IMG/VR virus record: IMGVR_UViG_3300045988_110853
Coordinates: 68,077-132,076 of that record
Strand: one strand, 5' to 3'
From: a virus
Length of the DNA stretch: 64,000 nucleotides
The notes under the pieces are model-generated. The model was not told the DNA's origin and made no database searches. It was given only the letters and a program-made list of their open reading frames with translations. Both the position numbers and the translations under genes were made by a program. Shown here in pieces: positions 26,881 through 40,700 of the stretch. Positions within the stretch are counted from its first letter, which is position 1; each line of letters starts with the position of its first letter.

Positions 26881-27987
26881 ATGAATTCATTATAGAGAAG
26901 TATTAAGGCCAGTCCAAGAGAAATGAATACAGAAGATTTTTTAAAGAAATCTTATGAATTTACAAAAAGAAGTATGAGTTAGAAATTAAGAGCAAGAGAT
27001 ACTTCTGAAAAACAAGCTAAAAAATTAGAAGAATTCTTTCAAAGTATTCAAAATAGATAGCTTGGAAATCCTATCGAAAATATCCAAATGAGTGAATTAT
27101 TAGATGCTTTAGAATAGATTAATCCTTAGCTTTTTAATTCAATGAAATATTTATTTACTACGCCAGATAACTATGGAGATTCTAATGATGCGCATGGTAA
27201 ATATTTTGAAGGAGTTATTGCGGAAGCGGTTGCCACTGCGGAGAATTATTTTGCTGGTAATAAAACTATGACTATAAGTGGAAGTAGTAAAAAGGCTGGA
27301 ACCGCTTCTGTTAACCTTATAGATTTAGCAAAGAATTTAGATGAAGATACAAAAAGTCTAATGAATGATATTTATTAGAAAACTGCCCAAGAAATGAAAA
27401 AAGATAGTGAAGCTGCATCTTCTACAATAAAAGGAGTTTCTGGCAAAGCGGATATTATAGGAATTTAGTAGAATTATACAATATAGAAAACTAGTCATTT
27501 AGAATTAGATGAAGAAATTTATGATGCTTTATTAAATGCTACTTTTACTGCGAAAAATTATATGTCTAACACTTAGATTGAATTAGGATCTACTAATCCT
27601 TTTCGTGTTTTTATGACTATGATTCCTCTTGGAGGAGCTACAAGTAAAATTTAGAGATATTACCGTATGTTGGCTTGTAAATAGAAGCACTTTCCTGATA
27701 AGCATCCTGATGCACCAAAGTATTTTTATAGATTAAGAGCTATTTATGAATTAACTGGTGGAAAATCTAATTATACTAATACTGTATTAAATAAGCTAAT
27801 AGGTGGAAATTATACTAAATTTTTAGTTTTAAATTTATAGGGATATATAAGAGTTATTCCTACTTAGAGTGTCATAAAAGAGCTTATTGACAATATTGAT
27901 GATGATTAGTTTAATAAAGATATAGATTGGCAAAAGGCTTTATATGGACGTATTAGGATTAATCAAAATAAGTTTAGTGAAATTTAA
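26881..27987 (+). CDS. hypothetical protein (368 aa; about 17 in-frame TAG, the highest density in the window)
   Basis: A GAGAAAGGAGAG ribosome-binding site precedes it. The track ORF 27142..27378 is an internal fragment. It ends in TAA at 27985-27987. Confidence 0.5.
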
Positions 27988-27989
27988 AA

Positions 27990-28018
27990 TTGACTAAATA
28001 GAAAATTTTTTGTATAAT
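27990..28018 (+). promoter_or_regulatory. internal promoter TTGACT-N17-TATAAT upstream of the chaperone-like gene
   Basis: Read directly. Confidence 0.5.
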
Positions 28019-28045
28019 ATAATAAAGAGTAAAAGGAGGCTAATT

Positions 28046-28579
28046 ATGGCTAAAATTTCATATACTAAATTAGGAATTGGCAAGGAAGAATTGAATAAAG
28101 TTCAGACTGTAGAATATAATGATCAAACCATTGAAGTAAAGCAATATCTTCCAGTTGCAGAAAAGAGTGAATTAATTACTCGTGTATTAAATAATTCTGT
28201 AGATGAAGATAATGGATATTATAATCTTTTAAAGATGGATATGCATCTTGCACTTGAGATTGTTTATGCTTATAGCAATATTAATTTTACAGAAAAGCAA
28301 AAAGAGGATTCAGCGAAGCTTTATGATATGCTTAATGCTTCAAAGGTGCTTAATCTTATTATTGGTCTTATTCCAGAGGGGGAGTTTTATTATTTAAATA
28401 AGACTGTCCATGAAATGGCTAATAATATTGTGGCTTATCGCAATTCCGCGATGGGAATTATGGAGCGCATTACTACTGATTATAGCAATTTAAATTTTGA
28501 TGCTAGCACAATTCAGAAAGAGCTTGCCGATCCTAATAATATGACTTTATTGAAAGATATTCTCACTAAATTGGGCTAA
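28046..28579 (+). CDS. putative tail assembly chaperone (177 aa; no TAG)
   Basis: Its own promoter TTGACT-N17-TATAAT lies at 27990-28018 with an AAAGGAGG ribosome-binding site. The track start at 28010 is probably too far upstream. A terminator follows at 28621-28665. Confidence 0.45.
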   Translation: MAKISYTKLGIGKEELNKVQTVEYNDQTIEVKQYLPVAEKSELITRVLNNSVDEDNGYYNLLKMDMHLALEIVYAYSNINFTEKQKEDSAKLYDMLNASKVLNLIIGLIPEGEFYYLNKTVHEMANNIVAYRNSAMGIMERITTDYSNLNFDASTIQKELADPNNMTLLKDILTKLG

Positions 28580-28620
28580 TTAAATTATTTAATTTAATTA
28601 ATTTTTTAAAGTCATTAGAG

Positions 28621-28665
28621 TAATGGGGATAAGAGTATTTTATTACTCTTATCCCCTTTTTATTT
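28621..28665 (+). terminator. hairpin GGGGATAAGAGTA..TACTCTTATCCCC plus a T-run
   Basis: Read directly. Confidence 0.65.
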
Positions 28666-28708
28666 TTATTTTGCAAAGTAAAAATTAAGAGAGAAAGGAG
28701 ATTTTTTG

Positions 28709-31700
28709 ATGGCTAAACAATTAAATAGTTATCAAGTTAATTTACAATTTAATGCAAATACTACATAGGCGAAAACGCAATTGCAAGATTTGCAAACGAC
28801 CCTTGATGCTATTATAAAGGAATCTGTGGCGGGAGTCTCTAAAGGAGATTTTAATTTAACTAAAAGATTAAACGAAGCGCAGATAGCGGCATCAAAACTA
28901 CAAACCATTTTAGCTCAAACTACTAATGTAGAAACGGGAAAAATGGATTTAACAAGATTTTCTCAATCTTTAAAATAGAGTAATTTAGATTTAAAAAAGA
29001 TATAGAATAGTTTACTTGAGCTTGGGCCTTCTGGACAAAAAGCTTTTATGTCTTTAGCTCAATCTATTGTTGAAGCTGATGTTCCATTAAAAAGAACAAA
29101 TTTATTAGTTTCTGAATTATGGACAACTTTAAAGAATACAGCTCGTTGGTAGATTTCTTCTAGTGCATTACATGCATTTATGGGTACTATTCAATCTGCT
29201 TATGGATATGCCAAAGATTTAAATGAATCTTTAAATGATATTCGTATTGTTACTGGACACAATATTGAATATATGGATAAATTTGCTGAAAGAGCAAATA
29301 AAGCGGCGAAAGCGTTAAATGCTACTACATTAGATTACACTAATGCTTCTTTAATTTATTATCAATAGGGTTTAAGTGATGAAGAAGTAGAAAAAAGAAC
29401 AGATATTACTGTTAAAATGGCTAATGTCATTAAACAAAATGCTGATATTGTTTCTGATCAATTGACTGCGATTTGGAATAATTTCTATGATGGCTCTGAC
29501 TCTCTAGAACATTATGCTGATGCGATGGTGCGCTTAGGTGCAGATACCGCGTCTAGCTCTGATGAAATTGCTGGCGGTCTTGAAAAATTTGCGGCAGTTG
29601 CTAATACAATTGGTTTAAGCTTTGATAATGCAGCAGCTGCATTGGCTACTATTACTGCTACAACTCGTCAAAGTGAAGATGTAGTAGGTACTTCTTTAAA
29701 GACTATTTTTGCTCGTATTCAAGGTTTAAAATTAGGCGAGACTTTAGAAGATGGCACTACTTTAAATCAGTACTCACAAGCTCTTGCAGCTGTTGGAGTT
29801 AATATTAAAGACTCCAATGGACAATTAAAGGATATGGATATCATTCTTGATGATTTGGGGCACAAATGGTCAACAATTAGTAAAGATCAACAGGTAGCTT
29901 TAGCTCAGCAAGTAGCTGGTATCCGTTAGTACAACCAATTAATTGCTTTAATGGATAATTTTGATTTTTATCAAGAAAATATTCAAAGAGCAAAAGAAGC
30001 AGATGGTTCTTTACAAGAACAAGCTGATATTTATGCTGAAAGCTGGGAAGCTGCTCGTGATCGTGTGCGTGCAGCAGCCGAAAGCATTTATGATGATTTA
30101 GTTGATGATAAATTCTTTATTAGTTTATCTGATGCAATTGCTGGAGCTTTAGACGCTATTGATAAATTAATTGATTCTATAGGAGGTCTCCCAGGAGTAA
30201 TTGCCGCTCTTGGAATGATATTTACTAAAGTGTTTAAAGTTCAAATGGGCGAGGGCGTTAATAATTTAGTTTTTGGCCTTTAGTCTTTAGTTGGACTTAC
30301 AAAAAAGAGTGCAGTTTCTCTTAAACAAGAAGCTTATAATCGAGCTTCTAATATGGCTTTTGATACTGGTACTGAAGTTGGAGATAGATAGGGAGAATCA
30401 TTAAAATAGACTTTAGACTTAAAGAAAAGAATATATGATATATCTGAAAATATTACAAAAGAGGAAAAGCAATAGCTTGAAGGGTTAATTGAAATTAATC
30501 GAGCTTATAATGAACAGGCTATAAAAGCAGCTCAAAAAAAAGATTAGGCTAGTGAGAATCTTCAAAATACTCGCATGGATCTTAGAGCGCGCATAAGAAG
30601 AAATTCTGCCACTGGAGAAGTAGAGAAAAATTTAAATACTTTTGGAAATGTTCAATAGCAAATGAGTGGAATTATTAAAACTGGTTTGCGAGGAAGTAAA
30701 GCTTTAGACGGACTTAATAAAGCATTAAAAGAAGGAAGTCCATTAGGAAAAGCTTTTGAGGGTAGAATGAATACAATTCAGTAGGCTTTAATTAAAGTAG
30801 ATAGATCTGAAGCAGCTGAATCTATTGGAAATTTTGTTAAAGAGTTAAAGGACGGAACTATAACAGTAGATTAGTTCTTGAAAAAAGTAAATAATGTTGT
30901 CACTAAAGAAAATTTAATGGCTGATGCTACATTTAAAGCAGCAACTGTTCTTGAGGATGACTTTGGTAAAAAAGTTAAAATTAACGGTGAGGATTGTCAA
31001 AAGCTTGCTGAAGATATGACTGAAGTTATTGTAACAACAGATAAATTAAATACTACTAATAAGCAAGTTGCTGGGTCTTATGAAAAAATAAAAGCTGCAA
31101 TTGAAAATTATAAAAATGCTACTGGAGATTTAGGGTAGAAATTAATTTCTATGGTTAATGGTTTTTCTTCATTGGCTATGGGATTGGCTTCCATTAAGAG
31201 TATTTTTGATACTTTATCTGATGAAGATATGTCATTCTTTGATAAGCTTTTGTCAGTTAGTATGTCTTTAGGCATGGGTATTTCTATGACCGTTTCTGGT
31301 TTATCTACTATGGCTAAAGCTTATAAAGAATTGGCAGAAGCTAAAATTTTAGATAATATAAAGACTTCGCTTAATACGGCTATTACAGAGATTAATAATG
31401 TGGTAAAAGCTTAGGCAGCCGCCAGAACAGGAGCTCAAACAGAAGCTACCGGTAGATAGGTATTGGCTGAAAGCAAACTTACAAAAAATATAATATTGTA
31501 GAATGCCGCTTGGTTAGTCCGTAATAAACAGATGTCCGCAACAGCAGCTCTTGGATTAAGTTTAGCTGGTACTATATTAGTTGTAGTTGCAGCTGCAGCA
31601 GCTTTAGTACTTATATCTAAAGCAGTTTATAATTCCATTCATAAAGAAGAAATAGCAGCTGAAGCAGCAGCTAAAGCGGCTTCAGATCTTGGTAATGCTT

Positions 31701-34700
31701 ATGATGAGTGTCGTGAAAAGTATCAGCAAATGATTGATGAGTTTAATGAATACAAAGATGCCATAGATGCTTTGGATAATTTAACTAAAGGAACTCAAGA
31801 ATATCGTGATGCTTTAGAGGAAGCTAATCAAAAGGCTTTAGAATTAATCCAAAATAATCCTGATAAATTTAATAAAGATGATTATTATTGGGATGATAAT
31901 AAATTAGTTATTAAAGATACAGCTATGTCTCGTGTAGCTGAAACCAGTAGACAAGAGACTGTAGATTTATAGGCTACTTCTGCTATGGCTAATGCCAATA
32001 ATGCTCAAGCATAGGCAAATTTATAGAAAAAAAATCTTGTCGATACTGTCACTGGTTCTTTACGCAACACAACTGGCATAGATAAAACTATTGACGCTTA
32101 TTTAAATAGTGATAGAGTTGCTGTTGATAAGGAAGACTTAAAAGATATCCTTAATCTTGATAATGGTATAGACGATAAGGCTTTAATTAATGTCCTTTGG
32201 CGCAATATTGATGCTTTAAATGAGTTAAGAAATACCATGGATGGGGTTGAAACCTCTTTTGATCTTGCTAGTAAAACCGCAGCAAGAGCGCAATGGTCTG
32301 GTTCTGGTAAAGAAAATACTAAAGCTGGAAAAATGGCGCTTGAAGGTGGCGGAAGATTATATAATAATCTTTATGCTGAGGGAGAAAATACTGTTAAAGG
32401 TTATTCATTAGACACTAATTGGGCTGCCTATGAAAAAATGAATAATTTGAATTCTCTAAAAGGATATAAACGTTCTATTAAAAGCGATAAAGTTGAATAT
32501 AGTTATTATGATGAGAATGGTGAAAAGATAACTTAGGAAATCAGTAAAGAAGCTATTCAAATCGCGGCCGCAACCCAATATGCTAATGATAGGATTGGAG
32601 AAGCTTTAGATAGTTTATATCAAAATATTGCTAAAGCTAACAAAGATGGTCTTGATAGCGTAGGGAAATATTTATCAACAGAAAATTTTGATAATATGAC
32701 AAAAGGCGAGCTTAAACAATTTTAGGGATTAACTGATGATTAGTTAAGGGAATATGGAATTGATAAACAAGCTATCGAAGAAGCTAAAAAAGTTGTATTT
32801 GATGAAATTGATGGTCTTAATGAAGCTATGAGTGATTAGATCACGGTTGGAGTAAATAAGACTTTAAAAGAAAATATTTAGAATTTCGGCTCTGAAGGTA
32901 AAGATGCCTATATTAGTGCTATCAATCAAATTGGTGAATCTATTGATTGGAATGCTTTATCACCAGAATCTTAGGCTGAGGCTTGGAATAAGATTTCTAA
33001 TATTAATTGGTTTGATTTCGATGCTCAACGCCAAGCTGAAAACTTAATTAAAGAAATGGGCGGAGATGTTTCTACTCTTGGAGATAACTGGGATAAAGCT
33101 TTTAGTTAGATGCGTAAAGCTGGAGATGTTGTTCCAGTATTAACTGATATTAAAGAGCGTCTTGATAAAATAGATAGTATTACTAAAGACATGAAAATCG
33201 GTAAGATTTTAGAAAAAGAAGATTATGATACTTTAGTAAATTATAATAGTGAATTGGCAAGATATTTTACTATTTTATCTGATGGATCTGCTGTTTTTGT
33301 AGGTGATCCTCTCGATTTCCAGTAGATGATTAAATCCACTAAGCAAGATGAATTAAGTAGAACTATAAATGGATATCAAAATGCTATTGATTAGTATTAT
33401 GCGGGAGCTGAAGAACTTAAAAAAGCGGGTGGATTAGATTAGATTCGAGAAGTTGGTTCTGAAAATGTTAATAGCCAATTAGCATTTTTAAAGACTTAGA
33501 ACTACGATGAAACATAGATTTCTGATTGGATTGGTAAGCTTGCTAATTCTAGAGGATAGGATATTGATACTTTAAAAGCTATTGCTGAAGCAGTTAATGA
33601 AGTTGGTGATTCTTTCTTATCTAGCAAAGATAGTATAGAACAATATACAGCAAGTAGTCAATAGGCTATGAATGAATTGGCAATGACCACCGAAACTGCT
33701 CAAGAAGCAGAAGAAATGCTTAAAAATGGTAGTATCAATGAAATGGCTTATAATATGAGTGCCATGCAGCGTATGTCTGGTGAAAAATGGGAAAATTTAG
33801 ATTCATCTGAAGTAAATAAATATGCAGATTCTTTAATGAAGACAGCTAAAAGTTCTAAACTATTAAGTGATGAACTTGTAAATAATAAAGAGGCCGCTGA
33901 AGATGTAGCTCTTTATACTATAAAAATGAATAATGGCGTAGAGAAATTGAAAAATGGTTTTAGTGGATGGGCTGATATATTAAAGAAATCTGATTCTGCT
34001 TCACAGGAATATTATGATGCAATGATTGATATTAAAGATGCCATGTCTGATGTACTTGGGGTTTCAGAAGAATTTTTAACTGATGAGTTTATTACTAAAA
34101 ATTTAACTGATATAGGTAAGGCGGCAGAAGGTGACGCTGATGCTATAGATCGTTTGGCAGCCGCGGCAAGTAAAGATATTCTTTTAAATGTTGATTTTGT
34201 TTAGGATAATAAGCAATTACAAGATGTTTTATTATCAATGCATGATAAATTAGCGGCAGAAATTCCAGATATAAAAATTGGTACAACTTTTGAAGGTCAA
34301 GATGATTTAGTTAGATAGGCTCAAAATATTATCGGCACAGCGAAAATGACCGCCGAATAGGCAAATGCTTATTTTAGTGCCATGGGCTTTGAAACTAAAT
34401 TTAAAGTTGAACCTCAAGAAGTTGAATAGAGAACTCCAATAGTACATACTAGATAGTCAATAGTTGACGCGGGATTTAAAGACGGAGTTCCTTATTGGGA
34501 AACAACAACAGAAACTTGGAATGACGGATATAGTATTCAAAAAGGTTATGTTGATGCTATTGCTATGGCGACCTCTCCTGATGGAACGAAAACTCCGATT
34601 ATTGAAAGTATGACTAGTAAGCCTACTGGAATTATGAATAATAGTTCAAAGACTAATAGAGGTACTACAGGCTCAAGCAAAGGTGGAGGAAGTAAAAATA

Positions 34701-37627
34701 AACCAACCAAGGGAGACCTAACTAAAAAAAGCGATGTTGTTGATCGGTATAAAGAAATTACTGATAATATCAATGATACTACTCGTGCTTTAGACAAAGC
34801 TAATAAATCGGTAGATAGGCTTTGGGGTAAAGCTCATCTTGATGCAATGGCTAAAAGCAATAAGTTAACTTTAAAAGAAGTTGATTTATTAAAACAAAAG
34901 CAAAAAGAAGCTTAGGCTTATTTAAAAACAGATAAAGCTACTTTATAGCAAGCTGCGAAAAAAGCTGGAATTACTTTCACATTTGATGAAGATGGTGATA
35001 TTTCTAATTATACTGATTAGATGACTAAACTTTATAATTAGCTCATAGCTGCTTAGAATAAAGCAAATTCTTTTTCCACAAAAGATGCTCAAGATGCTTA
35101 TAAAGAAGCAACTTTAGACCCGATTCAAGAGAAAATCAATGAGTTGAAAGATGCTATTAAGCAATATGAAGATACAAGAGATTTAGTCGAAGAATTAACT
35201 GATGATATTCAAGATAAAATAAACGAATGGCAAGATAGAAATTATCAAATGCTTACTTATGAAGTTGAAATAAAAGTTCAATTAGATGAAAATGACACTA
35301 AAAAATTAGAATATTATTTCGATAAATTAAGTGATAATATTTATAAAGCTGCTGAAGCTCTTGGATATTTACAAGGTCAATTTGATCCAGTAATTAGTCA
35401 GTTAGGAACTTATGAAAATTTCTATGGCTAGTTAAATAGCGCTTATTCTAATGGAGAAATTTCTCAAGAAAATTATATTGAAGGCTTGTAGGATGTGTAT
35501 GACAGTACATTAGATAATTTAAATGCTTTGTAGGATTTAGATAAAGAAATGCTTGAATACTATGGTAATACTATAGATTTGGCAAATGATGAATTGTCTA
35601 AATATACAGATCATATGGAACATTTAACCAGTGTATTAGATCATTATCGCTCTATTATTACTTTGTTAGGTAAGGATAAAGATTATGATAAAGTCTTATC
35701 AGTTCTAAATGGAACTGCTTAGACTAAGAAAAATAACTTTGATGTTTCTAAACAATGGTATGAGAGTTTGAAACGTGAACGTGATGCTGCGGCCGCGGCC
35801 TTAGCCAATTCGACCGATGAAGCGGAACGTGAAGTGCTTCAAAAGAATTACGATGCTATATTAGCCGCGTTCGATGAAGCGGAAGAGGATATGCTCTCTA
35901 AAGCAGAAGAATATGGCGAAGCATTAAAAGAAATTCTTACTACGAAGATGGAACAAGCTGCTGATGAAATGAATAAGCAATTAAGCACCACTAAAGTAAG
36001 TATTAATGGTAATAATTTTAATATTTCTGGTTGGGATGCTTTAAATGATGCTTTAGATAGAATGTCTTCTTATCAAGATGAATATTTAACAAAAACTAAT
36101 CAGATTTATGAAATGAATAAACTACTTAATAATGTTAATTAGGCTATTGATAAGACAAATAATCAAGCAGCTAAAAATAGATACCAGCAATTTACCAAAG
36201 AAATTGAATAGTTAAGAGATAAAGATAAATTAAGTCAATTAGAATTAGAAATTGCTTAGGCTAAATATAAAGTGCTTGAAGCACAGATCGCATTAGAAGA
36301 AGCTCAAAATGCGAAATCTACTGTTAGATTACAACGCGATAATGAAGGTAATTTTGGTTATGTATATACCGCAGACCAAGAGAAAGTAAATGACGCACAA
36401 TAGGCTTTGGCAGACGCGGAAAATGACTTGTATAATATTCGTCTTAATGCGACAAATAAATACGGCCAGCAAAAACTCCAATATGAGAAAGAGCTGGCTG
36501 AAAAGCTCGCGGAACTTGATTAGAAGGCCGCGGAAGATGCAGTTTACCGCGAGACTACGTATCAGCAAGAGCGCGCTTTGGTAATTCAACAATATACTGA
36601 TTTGATTACTACTGCTGGAAATCTTTATGCGAAAGCACAAGAGGAAGATAGTAGAGTAGTTCAAGACGCTTGGGTAAATTCTTTTGATATCATTAAAGAT
36701 AATAGTAATAGTTGGAAAGATACTATTACTGAAAATACTAATATTATTAATGACACATTTAAAGAATGGCAAGATAGTATGGATGAAATCACTAAGATTG
36801 TTGGTGATGATTTAAAAGATACTCAATAGAAAGTTAAAGATGTCACCGATGAAAGTGATAAACTTTATCAAGAAGTATCTAATAAAGTTATTCCTGCTCT
36901 TGAAAGTGAATTAAGTTCTGTTCGTAGTGCAACTGAAGCCTGGGCGCAACATCGTCAGTAGTTGCTTGATACTATTAGAGCTTATGAAGAGCTTTTAGAT
37001 GCCATTCAAGCAACATTACGTGCTTAGAGCGGATTTGGTAATAGCGGTTCTAGCGGTGGAGATACTGACTGGGCGGCGATGATGGGTACTGTAGCTTATG
37101 GTTCCGCTCAATATAATCAGTATAAGAGAAACCGCGAGGAAAAAATTGCTAATGGTGGTAGTATTAATGAAGATACTACGGCTCGAGTTGATGCGTATTA
37201 TAAATTGTTAAGTGAAGGAAAAATCTCTGGTAGACTTCCTAACGGTAAGTATAGTTTTACTCAACTTACTGATTAGGAGTGGAGAGATTTAGTCGGATTT
37301 AGAAGTGGCGGTTATACCGGCACTTGGAACGATGATGGCAAGTTAGCTTTCTTACATCAGAAAGAATTAGTTCTTAATGCTGATGATACTGAAAATATGT
37401 TAGCTTCTATTCAATTAGTTAGATAGATTGCCAAACAATTAGATTTCAATAGTCAACAAATTTCTACTCTTTCATCTTCTGGATTTACTGTTAGTTCTCA
37501 AGATGGAACATTAGAATAGAATGTTAAAATTGAAGCTAGCTTCCCGAACGCAACTGATAGATATGAAATTCAAGAAGCATTTAATACATTAGTTAATGTA
37601 GCTTCTCAATATGCCAATAGAAAATAA
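28709..37627 (+). CDS. tail tape measure protein, about 2972 aa, with about 95 in-frame TAG codons
   Basis: A GAGAAAGGAG ribosome-binding site precedes it. Fifteen track ORFs (28781, 29180, 29417, ... 37079) all lie in frame 2, and a codon-by-codon walk found no TAA or TGA in frame. A TP901-family tape-measure core sits at about 29417-29929 (...DEIAGGLEKFAAVANTIGLSFDNAAAALATITATTRQSEDVVGTSLKTIFARIQG...). A TM segment reads MSATAALGLSLAGTILVVVAAAAALVLI. A GGSSGG-rich C-terminus follows. It ends in TAA. Confidence 0.8.
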
Positions 37628-37631
37628 AATT

Positions 37632-37672
37632 AAGGGTGAGGTCGCGGACTTCACCCTTTTTCTTTTTGGGTA
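37632..37672 (+). terminator. hairpin GGGTGAGGTCGCGGACTTCACCC plus a T-run after the tape measure gene
   Basis: Read directly. Confidence 0.7.
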
Positions 37673-37740
37673 ATTATATTGAATAAAATTAATTAATTTT
37701 TTAGAAAATTATAGAGTAATGAGTAAAAGGAGGGATTATT

Positions 37741-40700
37741 TTGGCTGATAACGCACTAAATATTCAAGAAAGTTTATGTCAAGCAATGAGTATTATTGCT
37801 AATTCAAGTGTTGATAAAGTTAAATTTGATAGCACTATTGAATGTACTATTATTGATGCGACTGATAAACTTATTGGTAAGTATAAGGTTAAAAATGAAT
37901 CTTATGCGGAATTTTATGCTTATTCCCAAATAACCACTTATAACAAAGATGATAAAGTGTATGTATAGATCCCAAAAGGAGACTATAATAGCACTAAATT
38001 TATTGTTGGTAAAAAGACTGATAAAAATGAAGATAAGCCATATAATTTTGTTAATCCTTTTAATACTTTTATTGATTTAACTGGAAACTTTTTTGTTGCT
38101 AAAGATAATAACAAAGAAGTTTGGAGTATTTTAGCCAATGGTAGTGAAAAAGAAATTGAGATTACCCCAAAAGGCGGAATTACTTTTACTGATGAATAGC
38201 AAGGATTTACGCGGTTGGGCCTGCGCGCTGATTTTCGCGCCTGGCTTGAAACGCTCGGCGTAGTCAGTGGTAATTATGGATTAAAATTAAATATATATGG
38301 TATAAAAGATGATACCGCAGATAATATTAAAAAGATAGAAGCAAGTATCAAAAATAATGGAGAAGTTCCTTTGATAGCATCTATTGATTTAGATACTAAT
38401 GATATGTATGGTAATCCTTATAATTTTGAAGGATATTATTCTCAAGAAATTGTCATTGATACAAGCGCGGTAGCAAAAATATACAATATAAAAATATACC
38501 TTTATCAAAAAGGTAATTTTAAAGATAGTAATAATGATTTAATTAGCTATACTAATGATTTTAATATGTCAGTCCCGCCTAATAATATTTTTGTAAAAGA
38601 TATATATATGGGATTAGGTATTTCTGCCGATGAAATTGAAAATGAATATGTAAGATTATATTCATTAGATGGAAGTACCTATGTAATTGATGATAAAGGT
38701 TAGATTGATTCTAAAACCATTAGACTAAAATGGGTTCATTTTGATGAAGATGGTAATAGAGTCCAAATAACCGAGCATAAAAAAGAGGACACATTTGAAG
38801 TTCGTTGGTATATGTATGAATTTGGGGCACCTTCCGCTGATGACTATTCTGGTGTCTATTGGACTGCGATTGAAGATAATAAAAATAATTTCTTTTATTA
38901 GCTAAAACCGCGTTCTAATAAAAATCAAGAACAAGTTAAAGTAATTATTTTATATAATGGAAAAGTTTATAGAAGTAATATAATTACTTTTAATAATGAG
39001 AAACAAGTTCCTAATGATGCAACCATTGATAGCTTAAATGCTTTATCTATTTATTGTGAAGATTAGACTAATGGTAATTATTTAATTTATAATTAGGCTA
39101 ATTATTTAATGAATAGATCAGATGGTAAGATTAGTCGTAAATTAACTTTACATTTTGATTCTAAGACTTATGCTATTACTAATGGTATAATTGGTAAGAA
39201 TCAAAATGGAGAAAGTAAATTAGTTGAGGCATAGAGAGTAATTTGGTAGATTCCTATTAAAAATACTATGCTTAATTTTGGCGTTAAAGATGATGGAACT
39301 GATGCTACTTATAAAGAAGTTGTAATTGATTTAACTAATGAAAATGTTAATGTGTCTCCTGGAGAGTTTTCTTTAGATTATACTATTAATACTTTTTATA
39401 GTGCTAATAAATCTAATAATACTGTAATTGCCAAAGTGGAAAAAGATGGTATCGTTTATACTGCTATCAAGGATTTTACTTTTGGATAGGCAGGAACCAA
39501 TGGCACTGATTGTACTTTGGTAATTGATATGGTTGCCCATGAAAACTTAAATAATAAAGTATTTACTGCTATTAGAAGTGGTGTGAGAGATAAGTATATT
39601 TTTAAGGCTTAGTTATATGATAATGAAGGCAAAGAAGTTACTAATTTTAATAACTGTAAATGGGCCTGGAAATTCATGGATGGTTCAACGGTTAATAGTG
39701 TTAGTTTAAATAATGAAAATGAATAGAGTTGTAAGTTAAGTGTTAATACTACAAATTCTATAATGAATAATTTAATTATTTTATAGGTGACACTATCTGG
39801 TTGGGGAGATTATGATTTAACCGCTTATTATCCAGTTCCTATTATGACTTTAGATAACGCTTATATAAATGGCCCAACTGAAGTAATTTATTTAAGTAAT
39901 GGCGAACCTGTATTTTCTAAAGAGCCTTATAAATTATTTGAAAATGGTAAAGTAGATAATAATGCGACTTGGAGTATTTATCCTACTGGATCTACAGATA
40001 AATTTATTGGTTAGATTAAATATAATGAAAAGAAAAAAGAATATAGATTAAGTCCTATGAATTTTTATGTTGATGGTGTAAGTACTTATGGAGTTCAAGG
40101 AAAATAGAGTGATAATGTAGTTTGGAGCCAACCTATTTTAGTTATTTAGAATAAATATCCATCAGCAATGGTAAATAAATGGGATGGATAGTTAAATATA
40201 GACGATAGTAATAATTTTATTGGTGTTGCTTAGATTGCGGCTGGTAAAAAAGAAAATAATAATACATTTACTGGCGTTTTAATGGGGTCTTTTGGTGATG
40301 GTAATGCCGATAGCAGTCTTAGTAAAAACACTGGGGTTTATGGCTATTATCAAGGTAAGTAGGTTTATGCTTTAAAAGATGATGGAACCGCAACATTTGG
40401 TAAATCTGGAAATGGTTAGATTGAAATTAAAGGCGATTCTGGAAAAATAAAATCTGCTGGTTATGATAATGGCAATGGTCTTTTAATTGATTTATTGAAT
40501 AATAAAATAGATGGAATAAAAAATGATAATAGTGTATTTTAGTTAAGTTAGAGCGAACCTTTTTTAAAAATAAATACCCCCGTGGAAAATAGTAATTAGA
40601 CACCAACTACTTTATTAAGTGTTGGAGCTAGCACTTATTATTTATAGTCAAAAAATTATAATGCTTCCACTAATACTGGCACTTATTTTAATTTGAACAC

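Noticed and set aside
28046-28709. Programmed -1 frameshift (G/GT-type) between the chaperone-like gene and the tape measure
   Set aside because: No slippery heptamer or overlapping extended frame was seen at the 3' end of 28046-28579. The tape measure has its own ribosome-binding site and start after a terminator hairpin.
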